From: Gemmatimonadota bacterium
GTDB lineage: Bacteria > Gemmatimonadota > Gemmatimonadetes > Palauibacterales > Palauibacteraceae
Assembly: GCA_963666735.1 (NCBI GenBank)
Contig: OY762926.1
Span: 1,312,001-1,376,000, forward strand
Direction of reading: 5' to 3'
Length of the DNA stretch: 64,000 nucleotides
Of this stretch, positions 45,858 through 57,704 are shown in pieces. The notes beneath the pieces are model-generated. The model ran no database searches, was not told where the DNA came from, and was given only the letters and a program-made list of their open reading frames with translations. Each line of letters opens with the position of its first letter. The stretch's first letter is position 1. The position numbers were made by a program, and so were the translations under genes.

Positions 45858-46774
45858 TCGAAGCCGAAGCGGATCTGTCGCATCCGCTCCTCCGCCCGCC
45901 GGACCAGCGCGTGCGTGCGGGTCGGGTTCAGTTCCAGCACGCGAGCGTAGTTGACGAGAGCTTCGTCCGTCTCGCCGAGCGCGAGGTGGAGTTCGCCGAT
46001 GAGGAAGTGCGCCTCGACCATGTGCGTCCGCGGCACGCCGAGTTCGACCATTTCGGCCAGCTTCTCGAGGGCGGAGGAGGGACGGCCCTCCGCCCGATCT
46101 TCATCGGCGGACACGTAAAGACAGTTCCCGTAGTGGTAACGTGCGTCCTCCAGGTTCGAGCGGCTTTGCTCCATCGCCTCGAGGAAATCGCGATAGAACG
46201 GCAGCGCGCGAGTGCACGCGCCGAGTTGCTCATATGCGAGACCGACATCGTACAGCACCGCCGGCTCCGGATCCCCCTCGCCGGCGAGAAGCGCGAGGCG
46301 CAGCGAGAGGGAACGTGCGTAGTCACCCTCAGCCGCATGATAGGCGGCCAGCGAGCGCTGGAGGTCGGTGGGCAGATAGCCCAATCCCCAATCCACGAGG
46401 GGCTGGAGCGCGCGGGACATGTTCTCCGCCGCGCCCCGCTCCCGCGCGGACCACGCAAGTCCGGCGAGCGAGGCCGCCGCCTGGTGCCGCAGCCGGGGGT
46501 CGCGCTCGGCGAGCGTCTCGTAGACGGTGAGCGCCTCGTCGACATCGCCGCGCACGGCGTAGGCATGCCCGAGCCGGAGGAGCAGGTCGTCGGTGTCCCC
46601 GCTGACGCGCCGGGCAAGGAGGTACTCGGCGATCGCCTTGTCCGCATCCCCGACGGCCAGGTATCGGTCCCCGCGCACGACGGACCGGTCCACCGGATCC
46701 TCGCACGCCGCAAGCGCAAGCGCCGCCAGGACCCCGGCGGTCCCCTGCACGATCCGCTGTCGGACGGTCACCAT
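45854..46774 (-). CDS. TPR-repeat lipoprotein
   Basis: LAAC lipobox, several TPR motifs. Confidence 0.75.
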   Translation of the reverse strand: MVTVRQRIVQGTAGVLAALALAACEDPVDRSVVRGDRYLAVGDADKAIAEYLLARRVSGDTDDLLLRLGHAYAVRGDVDEALTVYETLAERDPRLRHQAAASLAGLAWSARERGAAENMSRALQPLVDWGLGYLPTDLQRSLAAYHAAEGDYARSLSLRLALLAGEGDPEPAVLYDVGLAYEQLGACTRALPFYRDFLEAMEQSRSNLEDARYHYGNCLYVSADEDRAEGRPSSALEKLAEMVELGVPRTHMVEAHFLIGELHLALGETDEALVNYARVLELNPTRTHALVRRAEERMRQIRFGFE

Positions 46775-46809
46775 GGGCGCCCCCCGCCGGCCTTCGTCCC
46801 CCGCATGTC

Positions 46810-47589
46810 TCAACTCTCCCCGCTTTCGACGCCGCCATGGATGTCGCCCGTTGCCTCGCGAGAGGCGCGCGGCCCGCCCCCGCGCGTCCAGCGCCGCACG
46901 AGGCCGTACAGAAAGATACAGCGCAGGGCGGAGATGCCATCGCGCCACCCGATCTTCTTGCCCTCCGCGTACGTCCGTCCCGCGTAGGAGATCCCCACCT
47001 CGTACACGCGCCATCTACCCATGGCGACCTTCGCCGTGATTTCCGGTTCGACGCCGAAGGCCCGCTCCTCGATCGTGAGCTGCTCGATCACTTCCCGGCG
47101 GAAGCACTTATAACACGTCTCCATGTCCGTGAGGTTGAGATTCGTCATCATGTTCGACAGCCGAGTCAGCCACCGGTTCCCCACGTAGTGCCAGTAGTAG
47201 AGGACGCGATGCGGCTGCCCGCCCATGAATCGCGACCCGTAGACGACGTCCGCTCTGCCCGCGAGGATCGGCTCCAGGAGGCGCGGATACTCGGCGGGGT
47301 CGTATTCGAGATCCGCGTCCTGGATGATGACGATGTCGCCCTTGACGCGCCGGAACCCGGTGGAGAGGGCCGCGCCCTTCCCCCGGTTCCGCTCGTGGAC
47401 GAGCACCCGGTCGACCAGCCCTTCCGCCTCCAATCGGTTGAGGATCGACGCGGACGCGTCGGCCGAGCCGTCGTCGACCGCGATGAGTTCCACGTCCGGG
47501 GCGACCTCCCTCACGCGCCGGACGATCGCCTCGAGCGTCATCTCCTCGTTGTATACGGGCATGACCACGGAGACCCGGGTTCGCCCCAT
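46810..47589 (-). CDS. Glycosyltransferase family 2 (Dol-P-Man synthase-like)
   Basis: [31 protein letters not shown]. Confidence 0.9.
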   Translation of the reverse strand: MGRTRVSVVMPVYNEEMTLEAIVRRVREVAPDVELIAVDDGSADASASILNRLEAEGLVDRVLVHERNRGKGAALSTGFRRVKGDIVIIQDADLEYDPAEYPRLLEPILAGRADVVYGSRFMGGQPHRVLYYWHYVGNRWLTRLSNMMTNLNLTDMETCYKCFRREVIEQLTIEERAFGVEPEITAKVAMGRWRVYEVGISYAGRTYAEGKKIGWRDGISALRCIFLYGLVRRWTRGGGPRASREATGDIHGGVESGES

Positions 47590-47615
47590 GTCCTCCTCGC
47601 CTCCCCACCGTGCGA

Positions 47616-48566
47616 TCATTCGGGTGCTGCCCCGAGCGGCCGCATCTCCCGAAAATACTCGACCGTTCGCTTCAGCCCGACCTCGAGCGGGACTCGGGGA
47701 GTCCACTCCAGCCGCGCCGAGGCGAGAGAGATGTCCGGAGAGCGCATTCTCGGGTCGTCTTCGGGCAGCGGACGCACTTCGATCGTGGACGCGGAGTCCG
47801 TGGTCGCGAGCACGAGATCGGACAACGCCCGAATCGTATACTCCTCGGGATTGCCCAGGTTCACCGGCTCGTGGATGTCGGCGTTGAAGAGACGCCAGAT
47901 CCCTTCCACGAGGTCGGACACATAACAGAAGCTCCGTGACTGGGAGCCGTCTCCGTAGACGGTGAGCGGTTCCCCACGTAGTGCCTGGACGACGAAGTTC
48001 GACACCACGCGGCCATCGTCCGGACGCATGCGCGGGCCGTAGGTGTTGAAGATTCGCACGATGCGCGCGTCCACGCCGTGCTCGCGGTGGTAGGCCATCG
48101 TGATGGCCTCGGCGAAGCGCTTCGCCTCGTCGTACACGGAGCGCGGACCGACCGGGTTCACGTTGCCCCAATAGGTTTCGGGCTGAGGATGGACGAGCGG
48201 ATCACCGTAGACTTCCGAGGTGGACGCGAGGAGCAGCCGGGAGCCCCTCGCTCTGGCCAGGCCCAGGGCGTTGCGCGTACCGAGAGCGCCCGCTTCCAGC
48301 GTCTGGATCGGGAACCGAAGATAGTCCACCGGGCTGGCCGGCGAGGCGAAGTGGAAGATCCCTTCGATCTCCCCCTCGATCTCGAACGGCTCCGACACGT
48401 CCCGCTTGAGAAACGCGAACCTCGGCTCACCCCGCAGGTGGGCAAGGTTGCGTCGCGTCCCCGTGATCAGGCTGTCGATGCCGACGACGGAGTGCCCCTC
48501 GGCGAGGAGGCGGTCGGTGAGGTGCGAACCGAGGAAGCCGGCGGCGCCGGTGACGACCAGTCTCAT
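47616..48566 (-). CDS. UDP-glucuronate decarboxylase (UDP-xylose synthase)
   Basis: [32 protein letters not shown]. Confidence 0.9.
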   Translation of the reverse strand: MRLVVTGAAGFLGSHLTDRLLAEGHSVVGIDSLITGTRRNLAHLRGEPRFAFLKRDVSEPFEIEGEIEGIFHFASPASPVDYLRFPIQTLEAGALGTRNALGLARARGSRLLLASTSEVYGDPLVHPQPETYWGNVNPVGPRSVYDEAKRFAEAITMAYHREHGVDARIVRIFNTYGPRMRPDDGRVVSNFVVQALRGEPLTVYGDGSQSRSFCYVSDLVEGIWRLFNADIHEPVNLGNPEEYTIRALSDLVLATTDSASTIEVRPLPEDDPRMRSPDISLASARLEWTPRVPLEVGLKRTVEYFREMRPLGAAPE

Positions 48567-49891
48567 GCGATTTCCGCCGGACCGATCTGCCTGCGCCCGA
48601 CCGGGTAGTGTTCGAACCCTCGCGAAGCCATGCGATCCGGTTCGAACACGTTGCGCCCGTCGAACACGATCGGGCGGGCCATGCGCTGCGCGAGTTGCGA
48701 CCAGTCGGGACGCCGGTACTGCAGCCACTCCGTCACAACGACGAGCGCGTCCGCCCCGTCGAGCGCCTCGTACTCGTTCGCCGCGTATTCCACGGCATCC
48801 CCCAGGTAGAACTCGCGCGACGGCGCCATGGCGGCGGGGTCGTGCGCCACGACCGACGCTCCCCGTTCGCGCAGCCCCTCGGCGACCGCGCGCGAGGGCG
48901 CTTCGCGCATGTCGTCCGTGCGTGGCTTGAACGCAAGCCCCCAGAGCGCGAAGCGCAGACCCGTGAGGTCATCGCCGAACCGCTTCCGGATTTTTCGGAC
49001 GAGGACGGTGGTCTGGCGATCGTTCGCCTCGCTCACGGACCTCAGGATGCCGAGGTCGACGCCCTGTTTTTTCGCGGAGCGGATGATCGCCCGCACATCC
49101 TTGGGAAGGCAGCTGCCGCCATACCCCGTGCCGGCATAGAGAAAGGCCGACCCGATGCGAGGATCCGAGCCCACGCCGCGGCGAACGCGCTCGATGTCGG
49201 CCCCGGCTTGCTCGCAGAGCTCGGCGAACTGGTTCATCATGCCGATCCGGGCGGCCAGCATCGCGTTCGCCGCGTACTTGGTCAGTTCCGCCGAGGCGAT
49301 ATCCATGAATATCAGCGGGTTTCCCGAGCGGATGAAGGGTTCGTACAGCTCCTCCATGCACCGCCGGGCGCGGTCCGAATCCACGCCGCAGACGACCCGG
49401 TCGGGGTACAGGAAATCCCCTACGGCGTCGCCTTCCTTGAGGAACTCGGGGTTGGAGCACATGTGGAAGGGCAGGTCGGTCCGTCGGGCGATCTCGGCCC
49501 GCACGATCTCGCTCGTCCCCACCGGAACGGTGCTCTTCATTACGACGACCGCGCCGGGGCGCACATGGTCTCCGATCACGCGAGCCGCGTCCAGCACGAA
49601 GTCGAGGTCCGCCAGCCCGTCCTCACCGGGCGGCGTACCCACCGCGACGAAGATGACGTCGGCCGTCCGGACGCCCTCCGCCGCGTCCGTTGTGAATCGA
49701 AGCCGTCCGGCGGCGAGGCCCTCCGAGATCAGGCGCTCGATGCCGGGTTCGTAGATCGGGACATCTCCGGAGTTCAAGCGCCGGATCTTCTCTTCGTCGA
49801 CATCGGCACAGGTGACGCGGTTTCCGGACCCGGCAAGACAGGACCCTGCCACGAGCCCGACGTATCCGGTGCCGATCACGGTGATTTCCAT
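48563..49891 (-). CDS. ugd: UDP-glucose 6-dehydrogenase
   Basis: [25 protein letters not shown]. Confidence 0.93.
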   Translation of the reverse strand: MEITVIGTGYVGLVAGSCLAGSGNRVTCADVDEEKIRRLNSGDVPIYEPGIERLISEGLAAGRLRFTTDAAEGVRTADVIFVAVGTPPGEDGLADLDFVLDAARVIGDHVRPGAVVVMKSTVPVGTSEIVRAEIARRTDLPFHMCSNPEFLKEGDAVGDFLYPDRVVCGVDSDRARRCMEELYEPFIRSGNPLIFMDIASAELTKYAANAMLAARIGMMNQFAELCEQAGADIERVRRGVGSDPRIGSAFLYAGTGYGGSCLPKDVRAIIRSAKKQGVDLGILRSVSEANDRQTTVLVRKIRKRFGDDLTGLRFALWGLAFKPRTDDMREAPSRAVAEGLRERGASVVAHDPAAMAPSREFYLGDAVEYAANEYEALDGADALVVVTEWLQYRRPDWSQLAQRMARPIVFDGRNVFEPDRMASRGFEHYPVGRRQIGPAEIA

Positions 49892-49913
49892 CGAGTTCTC
49901 CGTCGCTCCTCGT

Positions 49914-50912
49914 TCAGGGGGCCGTGTCGCTGCTCGACCGACGGGCGGCTCCGGAACTCGCGACCCAGTCCAGGGTGGCGTGCGCGCAGGCCCGCAGGTC
50001 GCGCTCCGCGCGCCACCCGGTTGCGGCCCGCAGCCGCGCGGGATCACCGACCACGGACTCCGGTTCTCCGCTCCGGACCAGGGCCGGATCGCGCACGATC
50101 TCGGGCTCGATCTCCGCCCTCTCGAGGACCCACTCGAGCAGGCGGCGGATCTTCGTCGCAATCCCGGAGCACACGTTGTACGCCATGTGGGGCGTCCCGT
50201 CGAGGTCGGCGATGTCCGCGAGCGCGCGAACCCCGTCGCGTACGTCCGTGAAGTCGCGCTCCACATCCAGATTGCCGACGGCGAGCCGAGGCTCCGCCAT
50301 TCCCCGCCGAATCGCGAGGGCGCGACGGCAGAAGCTCGGGAGCACGAACACGGGACGCTGTCCAGGACCGACGAGCGGAAAGAGCCGCGCGACGACCACA
50401 CGGACGCCGAGTGCCGCGCCGGCTCCGCGGGCGACAACGTCCTGGGCGGCCTTGGTGGCGCCGTACACGCTCGTCGGCCGAAGCGGCTGACGCTCTTGCA
50501 TCGGCCCGCCACCGCCGCCGCCGTACGAGTCCGCGGAACCCGCCACGACCACTGTGTGCACCGCCGCGGGGGCCCGCGCAACCGCTTCGACGAGGTTCAG
50601 CGTGCCCGCGCCGTTCACCGCGAGAGCATCCCGGGACCGCTTACCGGCCTCGGCTCCCGACGAGCAGCCGGCCAGGTGGAAGATTCGCCGAGGACGGGCG
50701 GCGTGCACGGTCGAAGCGACGGCGTCGGCGTCTCGCACATCGAGCCGCGTCCATGCGGCCGCCGCGCGACCGGCTGGCGAAAGAGTCCCGCCGGAGGGGA
50801 CTTCCCCCAGCATCGTCGCCGTCACCTCGTAGCCCCGGTCCAGCAGATGCTCGACCAGGTGCTGTCCGATGAACCCGTCGCCGCCCGTCACAAGGACTCT
50901 CACCGACGGCAC
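49914..50912 (-). CDS. NDP-sugar epimerase/reductase (Rmd/Gmd-like)
   Basis: TGGDGFIG, YGATK, GNLDVERDFTDVRD. Confidence 0.8.
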   Translation of the reverse strand: MPSVRVLVTGGDGFIGQHLVEHLLDRGYEVTATMLGEVPSGGTLSPAGRAAAAWTRLDVRDADAVASTVHAARPRRIFHLAGCSSGAEAGKRSRDALAVNGAGTLNLVEAVARAPAAVHTVVVAGSADSYGGGGGGPMQERQPLRPTSVYGATKAAQDVVARGAGAALGVRVVVARLFPLVGPGQRPVFVLPSFCRRALAIRRGMAEPRLAVGNLDVERDFTDVRDGVRALADIADLDGTPHMAYNVCSGIATKIRRLLEWVLERAEIEPEIVRDPALVRSGEPESVVGDPARLRAATGWRAERDLRACAHATLDWVASSGAARRSSSDTAP

Positions 50913-50915
50913 TCG

Positions 50916-51893
50916 CTAGAGCACACGCGCGAGGCGCCGCGCGGCATAGGTCACGATGAGGTCCGCCCCCGCGCGCCGGATGGCGCGGATCGCTTCCAGG
51001 CTGGCCGCTTCCGGGTCGAGCCAGCCTCGCGCGCCCGCAGCCTCGATCATCGCGTATTCCCCGCTCACCTGATACGCGGCGGTGGGCATCCGGAACTCAT
51101 CCTTGACTCGTCGGAGGATGTCGAGATTCGGCAGCGCCGGTTTCACCATGACCAGGTCCGCTCCCTCGGCGATGTCGAAACCGACCTCGCGGATCGCCTC
51201 ATCCGCGTTCCGCACGTCCATCTGATACCCGCGCCGGTCCCCGAAGGCGGGAGCGGAGTCCGCCGCGTCACGGAAAGGGCCGTAGAAAGCGCTCGCGTAC
51301 TTGATGGCATAGGACAGAATGGCCACGTCCCCGAGGTTGGCTTCGTCGAGCGAGGCGCGAATCACGCCGACCCGACCATCCATCATGTCCGAGGGGGCGA
51401 CGATGTCCGCCCCCGCGGCCGCGTGACTCACGGCCTGGGCGGCGAGCCGCTCGAGCGTCGGATCGTTCGCGACGCGACCGCCGTCGAGGATGCCGCAGTG
51501 GCCGTGATCCGTGTATTCGCACAGGCAGATATCCGTGATCAGGACCAGATCGGGAAGCGCGCCGCGAAGCGCCCGTAGCGAGCGCTGGATCACGCCGTCC
51601 GGCTGGTCCGCTCGCGAGCCCCGTGCATCCTTGCTTGCAGGCAGGCCGAACAGGAGAACGGCCCGTATCCCTTCCTCGAAGGCGGCGCCCGCTTCTTCGA
51701 CGGCCGCCTCGACACTCAAGCGGTCGATCCCGGGCATCGAAGGGATCCGCTGCCGCGGCGGTCCCCGGTCATCGATGAACATGGGGTAGACCAGATCGGA
51801 AGCCTCGAGCCGAGTCTCCCGCACGAGTTCGCGCAGGGAGGCCGTACGACGCAGGCGGCGTGGCCGGGAGGCGGGGAACGATGCGTCAGGCAT
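50916..51893 (-). CDS. hemB: Porphobilinogen synthase
   Basis: DICLCEYTDHGHCG, SDMMDGR, MVKP, AYQVSGEY. Confidence 0.96.
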   Translation of the reverse strand: MPDASFPASRPRRLRRTASLRELVRETRLEASDLVYPMFIDDRGPPRQRIPSMPGIDRLSVEAAVEEAGAAFEEGIRAVLLFGLPASKDARGSRADQPDGVIQRSLRALRGALPDLVLITDICLCEYTDHGHCGILDGGRVANDPTLERLAAQAVSHAAAGADIVAPSDMMDGRVGVIRASLDEANLGDVAILSYAIKYASAFYGPFRDAADSAPAFGDRRGYQMDVRNADEAIREVGFDIAEGADLVMVKPALPNLDILRRVKDEFRMPTAAYQVSGEYAMIEAAGARGWLDPEAASLEAIRAIRRAGADLIVTYAARRLARVL

Positions 51894-52695
51894 GGCCGTG
51901 AGTCGCGGCGAAACGGCCGGGGCGGGCGGCGGATGCCACCAGAGCGTCCACGAGCCCGGGCATCGAGTGCGTTGCCGCCACGACATGCACGGGCAGACCA
52001 AGTTCGGCGAGCGTCGATGCGGTCACGGGACTGATGGCGGCCACGAGAGCGCCGCCGGTCTGAGCACCGACGAGTTGCACGAAGGCACGGGCGGCGGACG
52101 AGGCCGTGAAGGTCAGCCAGTCTCCGCGACCCAGTTCGATGAACTCCCGGAGAACGTCTCGCACGTCGGGGTTGACCTCCACCGCGTAGGCCGCCGCAAC
52201 ATCGACCCGCGCTCCGGCGGCGACCAGTCGTTCCCGCAGGACGGGACGCGCTCGCTCGGCCTGCACGAGCAGGACCCGCGCGTCTGGACGGCTCCCCGGC
52301 CCGGTCGCCGCCACGATCTCATCCGCGAGCGCTTCGCCCCGATAGATCGGCGGCACGAGGCACTCCGCCACGCCGAGGGCGCGCAGCGCGTCCGCAGTCG
52401 CCGGCCCCACGGCGGCGAACCGGCCCGCCGCCAGCGCGCACATCGAGTCCGCCTCCGACACGGCGTCTCCCAGACGGCGGACGGCGTTCACGCTGGTCGG
52501 CACGATCCAGTCGTATTCGGCCAGCCGCGCGGCCGCCCGCGCCAGCGCCTCCGGATCGGCTGCGGGCGCCAGCCGGATCGTCGGCGCCGTCGTTACGGTC
52601 GCCCCCGCGGCCTCCAGGAGAGTACGGAAGCCCTCGGTCTGCCCGGCGGGCCGCGTAACCAGTACATGCTGGCCCGCGAGCGGGGGGGAGATCAC
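51886..52695 (-). CDS. hemD: Uroporphyrinogen-III synthase
   Basis: VLVTRP, TSVNAV, AVGPATA, TFTASS. Confidence 0.88.
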   Translation of the reverse strand: MISPPLAGQHVLVTRPAGQTEGFRTLLEAAGATVTTAPTIRLAPAADPEALARAAARLAEYDWIVPTSVNAVRRLGDAVSEADSMCALAAGRFAAVGPATADALRALGVAECLVPPIYRGEALADEIVAATGPGSRPDARVLLVQAERARPVLRERLVAAGARVDVAAAYAVEVNPDVRDVLREFIELGRGDWLTFTASSAARAFVQLVGAQTGGALVAAISPVTASTLAELGLPVHVVAATHSMPGLVDALVASAARPGRFAATHGHA

Positions 52696-52713
52696 CGGGC
52701 CACCGATGCGAGA

Positions 52714-52745
52714 CGACCGGCCGCGGGAACCCCCGCGGCCGGTCG
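52714..52745 (-). terminator. 14-bp-stem hairpin downstream of rpmB
   Basis: CGACCGGCCGCGGG-aacc-CCCGCGGCCGGTCG. Confidence 0.5.
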
Positions 52746-52780
52746 CCGGTCAGCGGTCGAAACGTCGCCGAGGCGCGTCG

Positions 52781-52972
52781 TCAGGACGCCTTGACGACTT
52801 TTCCCGCCTTGATACACCGCGTGCAGACGCGCACCCGCCGACGACCCGCACCCTCCACGATCTTCACCCGCTGGAGGTTCGGCATGAAGCGCCGTTTGCG
52901 CTTGTTGTTCGCGTTGCTGACGTGGTTCCCGACGCCGGGTCCCTTGCCGCAGACGTAACAGAAATTCGCCAT
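52781..52972 (-). CDS. rpmB: 50S ribosomal protein L28
   Basis: CYVCGK...GNHVSNANN...RRFMPNLQ...VCTRCIK. Confidence 0.95.
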   Translation of the reverse strand: MANFCYVCGKGPGVGNHVSNANNKRKRRFMPNLQRVKIVEGAGRRRVRVCTRCIKAGKVVKAS

Positions 52973-52991
52973 GACTCGCTCCGTATTCCGC

Positions 52992-53495
52992 TCAGTGAAC
53001 GAACACGGAGTCGGCAAGAAGGAAGGTCGGGGACGATGGGATCAGTTCGCCCATTGACTCCATTACCGCTCCGGATTCGACCCACACGCCTGCGATCGAA
53101 TCGTTGAATGTGTAGATCTGCCCCCGCACGAAGACGCTGTCGCCTCCGTAGATCGTCGTCTCGGCCATCCTGAGAATCTGGATCGGGTCGGACTGAAGCA
53201 GCACCGGATAGGCGATGTCGTCCGCAAGCTGAAGAGCGAATGCGCCTTCCCCCAGCCCCGTCGCGACGCGGATTCCCGCGATCAAGACGCGGCGACTGAT
53301 GGCTGCCGCCGGATCGGAAAGCAGATCGGAGGCGTCCAGATCCCGAGCCGCCTCGATCTCGGCGGCTTCGGCGTCGGCGCGTGCCTGTTCGATATCGCGC
53401 GACTGGAGGTTCAGCCAATACATGAACCCTCCGATGGCCGCCAGCGCGACGATGCTGAGGATGACGCCGAGCCCACCTTCACCCTTGTTGGACAT
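52992..53495 (-). CDS. Hypothetical single-pass membrane protein
   Basis: N-terminal TM helix; co-oriented between rplQ and rpmB. Confidence 0.7.
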   Translation of the reverse strand: MSNKGEGGLGVILSIVALAAIGGFMYWLNLQSRDIEQARADAEAAEIEAARDLDASDLLSDPAAAISRRVLIAGIRVATGLGEGAFALQLADDIAYPVLLQSDPIQILRMAETTIYGGDSVFVRGQIYTFNDSIAGVWVESGAVMESMGELIPSSPTFLLADSVFVH

Positions 53496-53513
53496 GTCTC
53501 TTCTCCCGGTTCC

Positions 53514-53876
53514 TCACGCCTCGCGATCGGTGAATTCGATGAGCGCCAACTCCGCTCCGTCACCCTTCCGCGCGCCCAACTTCAGAATCCTCGTGTATCC
53601 GCCCGGTCGATGTTCGAAACGCGGGCCGATCTTCTCGAAGAGCTTCCGCAGTGCAGCGCGGTCGGCGATCTGCCGACCGGCCAGTTGCCTGCTGTGCAGA
53701 TCGCCTCTCTTCGCCAAAGTGATGAGCTTTTCGGCGAACGGCCGCAACTCCTTCGCCTTCGCCTCGGTCGTACGGATCCGCTCGTGCAGGATGAGACTCG
53801 TCGCCATGTTTCGCAGCATCGCCTTCCGATGGCTGCGCGTCCGACTGAGTTCCCGCCCCTTCTTTCTATGCCTCAT
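53514..53876 (-). CDS. rplQ: 50S ribosomal protein L17
   Basis: [13 protein letters not shown]...TTEAKAKE...GGYTRI. Confidence 0.97.
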   Translation of the reverse strand: MRHRKKGRELSRTRSHRKAMLRNMATSLILHERIRTTEAKAKELRPFAEKLITLAKRGDLHSRQLAGRQIADRAALRKLFEKIGPRFEHRPGGYTRILKLGARKGDGAELALIEFTDREA

Positions 53877-54969
53877 CGTCGCTCTGAGCTCCGTTTCCCG
53901 CCAGATCATCCTGCAGGTAGAGGTTCCCGTCCTCATCCCGCAGGAACGACATGCCGAACCGGAGTCCGTGCCGGCCGAGGACCTCCGCAAGCTCCTCGAG
54001 AGACTTCTCTCCGAAATTCTCCAACCTCAGGATGTCGTCCCGCGACCGCGTGACGACATCGCCCAGCGTCGTCACGCCCTGCTTTTCCAGTGTATTCCTC
54101 GAGCGGGCCGAGACCTCGCTGAAATCCTCGAGCGAGCGTTCGAGCAACTCGACAAGTTCCGCATCGACGGGCTCGCTTGCGCTGTCCTCCTGGACCGGCT
54201 CGACGGCCTCCGGCAGCGTGGGCACGGTCCCCATCTGACTGAAATACGACAGGTGCAGCCGGACGATCTCGGCCGCCTGCGAAACCGCCTCCGCCGGCTT
54301 GAGGGCTCCGTTCGTCTCGACGTCCACCTCGAGCCGGTCGAAGTCCGTGCGCTGGCCGACCCGGGTCTCCCTCACATTGAAATTCGCGCGGGTGACGGGG
54401 TTGTAAACGGCGTCTATCCGGATCGTCCCGACCGGAAACTCACGCTTGGCTTCGGTCTCTTCGGGAGGCGCATGGTGTTCCGCCATGACGAAGCCGCGAC
54501 CGCGATTCACCCACAGGTCGAAGGCGAGAGGACGCTTCTCCGGCAGATCCTCCTGCAGCGTGAAGAGCACGAGGTCCGGGTTCACCACTCGAACCGACGG
54601 ATGCTCCACGATCTGCTCCGCCGTTACCGGACCGGCCTTGTGCGCCGTGAGCGAGAGCTTCGCTTCCGCTTCGTCCTCATCCATCACCAGAACCAGACGC
54701 TTCAGGTTCTGAATGATCTGATGTACGTCCTCCGCGACCCCATCGACCGTCTGGTGTTCATGCTGAACGCCGTCCGCCCGGAAGGCCCAAACGGCCGCTC
54801 CGGGAAGCGAGGACAACATGATCCGCCGGATCGAGTTGCCGATCGTGTGTCCGAACCCGCGCTCCAGCGGCTGCAGGAGGAACGATGCGCGCGCCCCATT
54901 GGGGGATCGCCTCTGCTCCTCCATCGCTTCCGGCAGCACGAGACCGGCCAGATCTACCAACACCGTCAT
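53866..54969 (-). CDS. rpoA: RNA polymerase alpha subunit
   Basis: [32 protein letters not shown]. Confidence 0.97.
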   Translation of the reverse strand: MTVLVDLAGLVLPEAMEEQRRSPNGARASFLLQPLERGFGHTIGNSIRRIMLSSLPGAAVWAFRADGVQHEHQTVDGVAEDVHQIIQNLKRLVLVMDEDEAEAKLSLTAHKAGPVTAEQIVEHPSVRVVNPDLVLFTLQEDLPEKRPLAFDLWVNRGRGFVMAEHHAPPEETEAKREFPVGTIRIDAVYNPVTRANFNVRETRVGQRTDFDRLEVDVETNGALKPAEAVSQAAEIVRLHLSYFSQMGTVPTLPEAVEPVQEDSASEPVDAELVELLERSLEDFSEVSARSRNTLEKQGVTTLGDVVTRSRDDILRLENFGEKSLEELAEVLGRHGLRFGMSFLRDEDGNLYLQDDLAGNGAQSDDEA

Positions 54970-55007
54970 ATGCGCTTCACTCCCTGTTTTTGCTCAGCGG
55001 ACTTCGC

Positions 55008-55033
55008 CGGCCGGGGGGCATGCCCCCCGGCCG
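55008..55033. other. Perfect 26-bp palindromic hairpin between rpsD and rpoA
   Basis: CGGCCGGGGGGCATGCCCCCCGGCCG. Confidence 0.55.
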
Positions 55034-55040
55034 CGCGGGC

Positions 55041-55673
55041 CTACTTGCTGTAGAGTTCGACGATCAACTGTTCTTCGACGGCGAGCGGAATGTCGGATCG
55101 GGAGGGGCGCTCGATCATGCGTCCGCTCGCCGCGTCGTAGTCGACGCCCAGCCACGACAGTTGATCGCGCGACCGGCGATCCTCGATCGCCTCGATCACA
55201 ACCGGCAACTTCCGCGCTCTCGGCGCCACCGACACCTCCGCGCCGGGTCCCACGGAATAGCTCGGCACGTCGACCATCGCCCCTTCGACCCGCACGTGGC
55301 GGTGCCGAATGAGCTGCCGCGCCGCCTTGCGAGAAGGCGCGAAACCGAGACGGTAGACGATGTTGTCGAGTCGGCTCTCGAGCGCGACGAGCAGGTTTTC
55401 GCCCGTGACGCCCGGGACGCGGGAAGCCTTCTTGAAGAGAGAGCGGAACTGCTTTTCCGCGAGTCCGTAGATCCGCTTCACCTTCTGCTTTTCCCGCAAC
55501 TGCACGGCGTACTCCGACTGGCGCCGACGACGACGACCGCCGCCATGCTGCCCCGGGGGGAACGCGCGACGCTCGATCGCGCATTTCTCCGTGAAGCAGC
55601 GCTTCCCCTTGAGGAAAAGCTTCTCTCCCTCACGCCGGCACAGCCGACAAACGGGCCCCGTATAGCGAGCCAT
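55041..55673 (-). CDS. rpsD: 30S ribosomal protein S4
   Basis: MARYTGPVCRLCRREG...LESRLDN...IVELYSK. Confidence 0.98.
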   Translation of the reverse strand: MARYTGPVCRLCRREGEKLFLKGKRCFTEKCAIERRAFPPGQHGGGRRRRRQSEYAVQLREKQKVKRIYGLAEKQFRSLFKKASRVPGVTGENLLVALESRLDNIVYRLGFAPSRKAARQLIRHRHVRVEGAMVDVPSYSVGPGAEVSVAPRARKLPVVIEAIEDRRSRDQLSWLGVDYDAASGRMIERPSRSDIPLAVEEQLIVELYSK

Positions 55674-56054
55674 CTATACCCTCCGCTTCTTCGGCGGACG
55701 GCATCCGTTGTGCGGAATCGGCGTCACGTCCTTGATTGAACGGATCGCGAGACCGGCCGCCTGCAGCGCCTGAATCGCCGACTCACGTCCCGACCCGGGG
55801 CCCTGCACTTCCACATGGACTCGCCGCATCCCCATGCCGGCCGCCTCGCGTCCCACCGTCTCGGCCGCGATGGTGGCGGCAAAGGGCGTGGACTTCTTGG
55901 AGCCCTTGAACCCCGCCTTTCCGGCACTGGCCCAGGCGACGGTGTCCCCGGTCAGGGTCGTGATCGTGATGATCGTATTGTTGAAGGTCGCCTTGATGTG
56001 GGCGACGCCCTCGGCGTCGACCTGGCGCTTCTTCTTTCTTACCCGTTTTGCCAT
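55674..56054 (-). CDS. rpsK: 30S ribosomal protein S11
   Basis: [25 protein letters not shown]. Confidence 0.98.
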   Translation of the reverse strand: MAKRVRKKKRQVDAEGVAHIKATFNNTIITITTLTGDTVAWASAGKAGFKGSKKSTPFAATIAAETVGREAAGMGMRRVHVEVQGPGSGRESAIQALQAAGLAIRSIKDVTPIPHNGCRPPKKRRV

Positions 56055-56095
56055 TCCCTGCGCATCCTCCGTTTGGGCCGGCGTGGTTGCCGCAC

Positions 56096-56476
56096 CTACT
56101 TCCTGGGCGCCTTCTTCTTACCGGCCACGGCGCGCCGCGGCCCCTTTCGGGTCCGGGCGTTGGTGTGTGTTCGCTGGCCGCGCACGGGCAGGTTCCGCCT
56201 GTGCCGCATCCCGCGGTAGCATCCGATGTCCATCAGACGCTTCACGTTCATCGAGGTTTCGGTACGCAGCGAACCCTCGACCTTGTAGTGGTTCTCGATG
56301 ACTCGCCGCAGCTTGTTGACGTCGTCATCGGACAACTGATAGACGCGAACATCCCCATCCACGCCCGTCTCGGCCAGGATGTTGCGCGCCGTCGAGTGGC
56401 CGATTCCGTAGATGTACGTGAGGCCCACCTCGATCCGCTTGTTCCGCGGAAGATCGACTCCGGCTATACGTGCCAT
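56096..56476 (-). CDS. rpsM: 30S ribosomal protein S13
   Basis: [27 protein letters not shown]. Confidence 0.98.
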   Translation of the reverse strand: MARIAGVDLPRNKRIEVGLTYIYGIGHSTARNILAETGVDGDVRVYQLSDDDVNKLRRVIENHYKVEGSLRTETSMNVKRLMDIGCYRGMRHRRNLPVRGQRTHTNARTRKGPRRAVAGKKKAPRK

Positions 56477-56486
56477 GTATTCCCGC

Positions 56487-56603
56487 CTATCCCTGCCGCT
56501 GCTTGTGCTTCGGATCTCGACTGCAGATCACCCGGACGACACCGCGCCTGCGGATGATCTTGCAATGCTCGCAAATTCGCCTGACACTCGAACGAACCTT
56601 CAT
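56487..56603 (-). CDS. rpmJ: 50S ribosomal protein L36
   Basis: Hand translation [38 protein letters not shown]; below the ORF-track length cutoff. Confidence 0.96.
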   Translation of the reverse strand: MKVRSSVRRICEHCKIIRRRGVVRVICSRDPKHKQRQG

Positions 56604-56701
56604 GCTTCCGTCCTCTGGTGGCGGTTCGATGGCAACCCTTCAAAATACCAGCCCGAACCGATCCGAACAAACTCCATCGCCGTAACCGGAACTTCCCCGG
56701 C

Positions 56702-56920
56702 TCACTTGTACCGGTACGTGATCCGCCCTCTCGTCAGATCGTAGGGCGACAACTCGACCGCGACCCGGTCTCCCGGCAGGATCCGTATGTAGTTCATGCG
56801 AATCTTGCCGGAGACGTGGCAGACGATCTGATGCCCGTTCTCCAGCTCCACGCGAAACATCGCGTTGGGAAGCGCCTCGGCGACCTCCCCCGTCATCTGG
56901 ATCGGTTCTTCCTTCGCCAA
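56702..56920 (-). CDS. infA: Translation initiation factor IF-1
   Basis: [13 protein letters not shown]...[13 protein letters not shown]. Confidence 0.98.
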   Translation of the reverse strand: MAKEEPIQMTGEVAEALPNAMFRVELENGHQIVCHVSGKIRMNYIRILPGDRVAVELSPYDLTRGRITYRYK

Positions 56921-56921
56921 C

Positions 56922-57704
56922 TCAGGCCTCCCCTGCTGCTCGCGCCGGACTCGCGACTCGCGTCAACACACGCGGGCCTTCCGGCGTCACCGCCACGGTG
57001 TGCTCGAAATGCGCCGAGAGGCGTCCATCCCCCGTCACCACCGTCCATTCATCGTCGAGTGTGCGGATCTCCGGCCCGCCCGCGTTGACCATCGGCTCGA
57101 TGGCGATGACAAGCCCCGGTTGCATCCGGAACCCGCGGTTGCGCACCCCATAGTTCGGAACCTGCGGTTCCTCGTGAGGCGCCTCCCCCACGCCATGCCC
57201 GACAAGCTCCCTGATCACACTGAAGCCCTCGGCTTCGACGTGCGTCTGTATCGCCCAGCCCAGGTCGCCGAACTGGGCTCCGGGACGCGCCGCCTCGATG
57301 CCCACATCGAGCGCCGTTCGGGTCACGCCCAGGAGACGCTCCGTAGCCGGCGCCACTTCACCCACGGGAATCGTGACGGCCGCGTCCGCGAACAGACCCT
57401 CGAGCTTGACGCCGACATCGACGCTCACAATGTCGCCCGACTGCAATTCACGCCGGAACGACGGTATGCCATGTACAACCTCGTCGTTGATGCTCGTACA
57501 CAGCGTGGCCGGGAATCCGTACAGCCCCTTGAACGCGGGCGTCGCGCCCGGGTTGTCGCGAATCAGCGCTTCCGCCATGTCGTCCAGCTCCCCGGTGCTC
57601 CGACCGGGGATGGCCTGCTCCGCCGCCATCTCGAGGACCTCCGCCACGATGGCCCCCGCCGCAGCGATGGCGTCGATCTGGGCGGACGACTTGAGCCGGA
57701 TCAA
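56922..57704 (-). CDS. map: Methionine aminopeptidase type I
   Basis: [16 protein letters not shown]...HEEP, AIEPM, SAHFEHT; TTG start overlaps the adk stop. Confidence 0.95.
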   Translation of the reverse strand: MIRLKSSAQIDAIAAAGAIVAEVLEMAAEQAIPGRSTGELDDMAEALIRDNPGATPAFKGLYGFPATLCTSINDEVVHGIPSFRRELQSGDIVSVDVGVKLEGLFADAAVTIPVGEVAPATERLLGVTRTALDVGIEAARPGAQFGDLGWAIQTHVEAEGFSVIRELVGHGVGEAPHEEPQVPNYGVRNRGFRMQPGLVIAIEPMVNAGGPEIRTLDDEWTVVTGDGRLSAHFEHTVAVTPEGPRVLTRVASPARAAGEA

